NCBI GenBank assembly: GCA_015487785.1
Contig: WFPC01000050.1
Location: 8,400 to 72,399 of the forward strand
Direction of reading: 5' to 3'
Length of the DNA: 64,000 nt
Source: Gammaproteobacteria bacterium
Lineage (GTDB): Bacteria > Pseudomonadota > Gammaproteobacteria > S012-40
Positions within the stretch are counted from its first letter, which is position 1, and every line of letters begins with the position of its first letter. Below are positions 60,726 to 64,000 of this stretch, piece after piece. The notes under the pieces were generated by a model that was given only the letters and a program-made list of their open reading frames with translations, searched no databases and had not been told where the DNA came from. A program made the translations under genes and the position numbers.

Positions 60726-61748
60726 TCAGGGTGTGGTGGTGAAGCTGCCGTTGGCAAGATCCGGCAGGCGGGGCAGGGTCTGGGCCGGAAACTCACCGGT
60801 GAGGCTGTTGAGGAAGGCAACGATATTGTTCACCTGCTCCTCGCTCAGAGTCTTGTTGAGCTGGGTCTTGGCCATGACCCGTACCGCCTCGTCCAAGGTG
60901 GCCACCGAGCCATTGTGGAAATAGGGCGCGGTGAGCGCTACGTTGCGCCAGGTGGGCACCCGCCACATGTGCTTGTCGGCCGGATCCTTGGTGACTTCAT
61001 ACAGGCCCTTGTCGTCTTTCAGCCGGTATTTCTTGGTGTACGGACTGTCATAGGTAGGGAATTTCTGGAAGAAACCCTGCCCAGTGGGCAGATCGGGCCC
61101 GGAGAAATTGGGGCCGGCATGACAGCCGGTGCAACCCAGGGATTCCACCAGTTCCATACCCTTGATGGCGGCCGGACTCATGGCCGACTTGTCGCCACGC
61201 ATGTAGCGGTCGAAGGGGCTATTGGGCGTGACCAGGGTGCGTTCGTAGGTGGCGATGGCCTTGGCGATGTTGTCGTAGCTCACTTCACCGAAAATGGCCT
61301 TGAATTGTTGCACATAGCCGGGAATGGCATTGATCCGGTCCAGTACCGCCTGCTCATTGGGCATGCCCATTTCCACCGGGTTGAGGATGGGGCCCTTGGC
61401 CTGATCTTCCAGCGTGGCGGCACGGCCGTCCCAGAACTGAGCACTCAGAAACGCCGCGTTCCATACCGTGGGTGCCGAGCGCCCCCCCTTTTGCCCGGCC
61501 ACGCCCACCGATACGGGGCGGTTGTCGGTGCCGCCGGCCATGACGTTGTGGCAGGAATTGCAGGAAATGGTGCCATCCACGGACAAACGCGGATCGAAGA
61601 ACAACTGCTTGCCCAGCTCGATTTTCGCCGCCGTGATGGGATTGTCCGCAGGCACCGGTGGATTGGCCGGCAGCGGCTCCATGGCCATGGCGATGCCGCT
61701 GGCAAGCGTCAGGAGAGAGACTGTGAGAAGGGACTGGCTTGTTTTCAT
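60726..61748 (-). CDS. Di-heme cytochrome c peroxidase
   Basis: Signal peptide, CNSCH and CTGCH, QFWDGRA, TAPYFHNG. Confidence 0.95.
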   Translation of the reverse strand: MKTSQSLLTVSLLTLASGIAMAMEPLPANPPVPADNPITAAKIELGKQLFFDPRLSVDGTISCNSCHNVMAGGTDNRPVSVGVAGQKGGRSAPTVWNAAFLSAQFWDGRAATLEDQAKGPILNPVEMGMPNEQAVLDRINAIPGYVQQFKAIFGEVSYDNIAKAIATYERTLVTPNSPFDRYMRGDKSAMSPAAIKGMELVESLGCTGCHAGPNFSGPDLPTGQGFFQKFPTYDSPYTKKYRLKDDKGLYEVTKDPADKHMWRVPTWRNVALTAPYFHNGSVATLDEAVRVMAKTQLNKTLSEEQVNNIVAFLNSLTGEFPAQTLPRLPDLANGSFTTTP

Positions 61749-61779
61749 GGCTACGCTACTCCTCGCGTGATGGTCATTG

Positions 61780-61798
61780 TAGACTTAGAATAAGTCTA
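61780..61798. promoter_or_regulatory. Fur/PerR-like operator upstream of ccp
   Basis: TAGACTTA-GAA-TAAGTCTA perfect dyad. Confidence 0.6.
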
Positions 61799-62020
61799 AA
61801 AACAACCAAAGTCAAGCAGGTTTTGATCGTGTTTTTTTGCCTAACTTGATAATTTTCATGGTTATTTATTAATATGATCGCCCGCAAGAAAATTTTTTGA
61901 TTGTCATTTTTCGATTTTTTTACTTTAAAAACCGTCTAACTGGGCAGATATAGTCTTTGAGAGCGCCGGGTTCAGGCCTGGCTTTGGCTGATCTGGGGTG
62001 GACCCCAAGTGAGGTGTGCT

Positions 62021-62233
62021 ATGGGTACGAGTAAATTTATCGAGCCAGATTCCAACCAAATCGACGACCTGTTCGAAACCGGTTTCGAGGATAGTGCCTT
62101 CCAGTCTATCGAGGAGCAGGTGCGGGGCAAGCGCAGCTCGGCCAGGGCACGCAAGACCATTGAACAATTGCGCGAGGAAAAGATGTTGCGTGAAATGTTG
62201 CGCGACGACTTCGACGATATGATGGAGGCCTGA
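62021..62233 (+). CDS. Small acidic protein, PA3496-like
   Basis: ARKTIEQLREEKMLREML.DDF tail; RBS GAGG; downstream terminator 62267-62291. Confidence 0.7.
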   Translation: MGTSKFIEPDSNQIDDLFETGFEDSAFQSIEEQVRGKRSSARARKTIEQLREEKMLREMLRDDFDDMMEA

Positions 62234-62299
62234 GAGGCCAAGCCTGAAACACGGCTCAGGAATCGAGGCCCGGCCCCGCGCCGGGCTTTTTAGTTCGTA

Positions 62300-63859
62300 T
62301 TAGTTCGTGCCCGTTCGAGTTTGCGTTATGGGGCGCAGCAGGGAATCGGCTTCCATGACCTCGGGCTTGGGCAGCCCCATGAGTTGCAGCACGGTGGGGG
62401 CGATATTGGCCAGTCCGCCGCCGTCGGCGAGCTGAAACTCATGGGCTTCGTCGATCAACAGGCAGGGTACCGGATTGGTGGTGTGCTGGGTGTGTGGCTG
62501 ACCGGTTTGCGGATCGACCATGACCTCGCAGTTGCCGTGATCGGCGGTGAGCAGCACGCTATAGCCACAGGCGATGGCCGCATCGATGAGCCGTCCTGCT
62601 TCGTGGTCGAGCACCTCCATGGCCTGGATCACGGCGGGAGCCACGGCGGTGTGGCCCACCATGTCGCCATTGGCGAAATTGACCACCACGAAACTGAACT
62701 GCCGGCTCTCCAGCGCGGTGATGGTGGCATCGGCCACCGTCGGCGCGCTCATTGCCGGGGCCTTGTCGTAGGTGCTCACGTGGGGAGAGGGCACCATGAC
62801 GCGGCCTTCGCCCGGGAAGGGCTCTTCCCGGCCCCCGTTGAGAAAAAAGGTGACATGGGCGTATTTTTCCGTTTCGGCGCAATGGAACTGACGCAGGCCT
62901 GCCTTGCTGACGATTTCACCCAGAGTGGTGGCTGGTGCCTGGGGAGGAAAGGCAATGGGCAGATCCAGGTCGGGATCGTATTCGGTCATACAGGTGATAG
63001 GTTGGGGTACATAGTCACCACGGTCGAAGGGCTTGAACGAGGGGCTGCTGAGGATATAGGTAAGCTGGCGGCTGCGGTCGTTGCGGAAGTTGAAGAATAC
63101 CACCCCGTCGCCGTTTTCGATGCGGCTGCCGCCGTGGATCACGGTGGCGGGAATGAATTCGTCGGTTATGCCCTGGGCATAGGCCTGTTCGATGGCCGCC
63201 AGGGCGCTGTCGGCCTGTTCTCCCTCGCTGTAGCATATGGCCCGCCAGGCGGTTTTTACGCGATCCCAGCGCTTGTCGCGGTCCATGGCATAGTAGCGTC
63301 CACAGACGGTGGCGATGTGGCCGCCGCTGTGGTGCAGGGGTTCTAGCAACTGCTGGATGAAACTCTTCGCTGACCGCGGTGGAGTGTCGCGGCCATCGGT
63401 AATGGCATGTACCGCGGGAGTGACCCCATGGCGCCGGCACAGTTCAATCAGGGCGCACAGGTGGCGGATGTGACTGTGCACACCACCGTCGGATACCAGC
63501 CCCAACAGATGCAAGGGGCGATTGCGCCGCTTGGATTGTTGCAGCGCGTGCAACAGTTCAGCATTCTCGAAAAAGCTGCCGTCGGCGATGGCGTCGTCGA
63601 TGCGCACCAAATCCTGTTTCAGGATACTGCCACAGCCGATGGTGGTGTGGCCGACCTCGGAATTGCCCATCTGGCCGTCGGGCAACCCCACGGCGCGTCC
63701 CGAGGCTTGCAGGCTGGTAAAGGGGTAGCGGGCAAAGTAGGCGTCCAGTCTGGGCGTGTTGGCCAGGTAGGGGGCATTGTTCTCATGTGCCGGCGACAGG
63801 CCGACGCCATCGAGGATGACCAGCAGGGTGGGTTTGCGAGGAGTGGAAGCGGCTGTCAC
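62300..63859 (-). CDS. gpmI: 2,3-bisphosphoglycerate-independent phosphoglycerate mutase
   Basis: ILDG, GQMGNSEVGH, AETEKYAHVT, DMVGHT, TADHGN. Confidence 0.97.
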   Translation of the reverse strand: MTAASTPRKPTLLVILDGVGLSPAHENNAPYLANTPRLDAYFARYPFTSLQASGRAVGLPDGQMGNSEVGHTTIGCGSILKQDLVRIDDAIADGSFFENAELLHALQQSKRRNRPLHLLGLVSDGGVHSHIRHLCALIELCRRHGVTPAVHAITDGRDTPPRSAKSFIQQLLEPLHHSGGHIATVCGRYYAMDRDKRWDRVKTAWRAICYSEGEQADSALAAIEQAYAQGITDEFIPATVIHGGSRIENGDGVVFFNFRNDRSRQLTYILSSPSFKPFDRGDYVPQPITCMTEYDPDLDLPIAFPPQAPATTLGEIVSKAGLRQFHCAETEKYAHVTFFLNGGREEPFPGEGRVMVPSPHVSTYDKAPAMSAPTVADATITALESRQFSFVVVNFANGDMVGHTAVAPAVIQAMEVLDHEAGRLIDAAIACGYSVLLTADHGNCEVMVDPQTGQPHTQHTTNPVPCLLIDEAHEFQLADGGGLANIAPTVLQLMGLPKPEVMEADSLLRPITQTRTGTN

Positions 63860-64000
63860 GGTAGTATCCTTGTGCGGGGGGTGATAATAAGCGCTATATC
63901 GCTATATCGGGTCTCGGGTAAAGAAATTCAATGGCTGCGCATGCCGGGCTGGATTATAGCGCAAATTGGTCAGCCATCGCGCTTTCCCGAAACGGTGTCA

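Overview
GC-rich gammaproteobacterial chromosome, mostly housekeeping genes. The core set is LysR/leuCDB-asd-fimV, fabAB, folD, tRNA Pro-Arg-His, moeA-mobB-mobA, yajQ, a GlrK/QseG/GlrR-like system, two chemoreceptors, tRNA Ala-Glu, gltX, pip, rimO, tpm, cytochrome c peroxidase and gpmI. Accessory blocks are a non-canonical Pst-like ABC transporter with a divergent beta-barrel gene after the tRNAs, a JDVT-CTERM subtilase, a histone H1-like protein, a PKD lipoprotein, and a PEP-CTERM-type protein with its own two-component pair. Two decayed loci are visible: a frameshifted yaeQ and a hypA::hypE deletion fusion. I saw no integrase, transposase or CRISPR array. The best leads for something undescribed are (1) a multi-helix, switch-like RNA at 231-383 ahead of a 61-aa very acidic protein, (2) a glmY-like promoter layout (palindrome, IHF-like site, sigma54, sigma28) downstream of glrR that precedes an unannotated membrane microprotein, and (3) a His/Trp-rich repeated insert in the PEP-CTERM protein. 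All calls come from reading motifs by eye; no searches were run.
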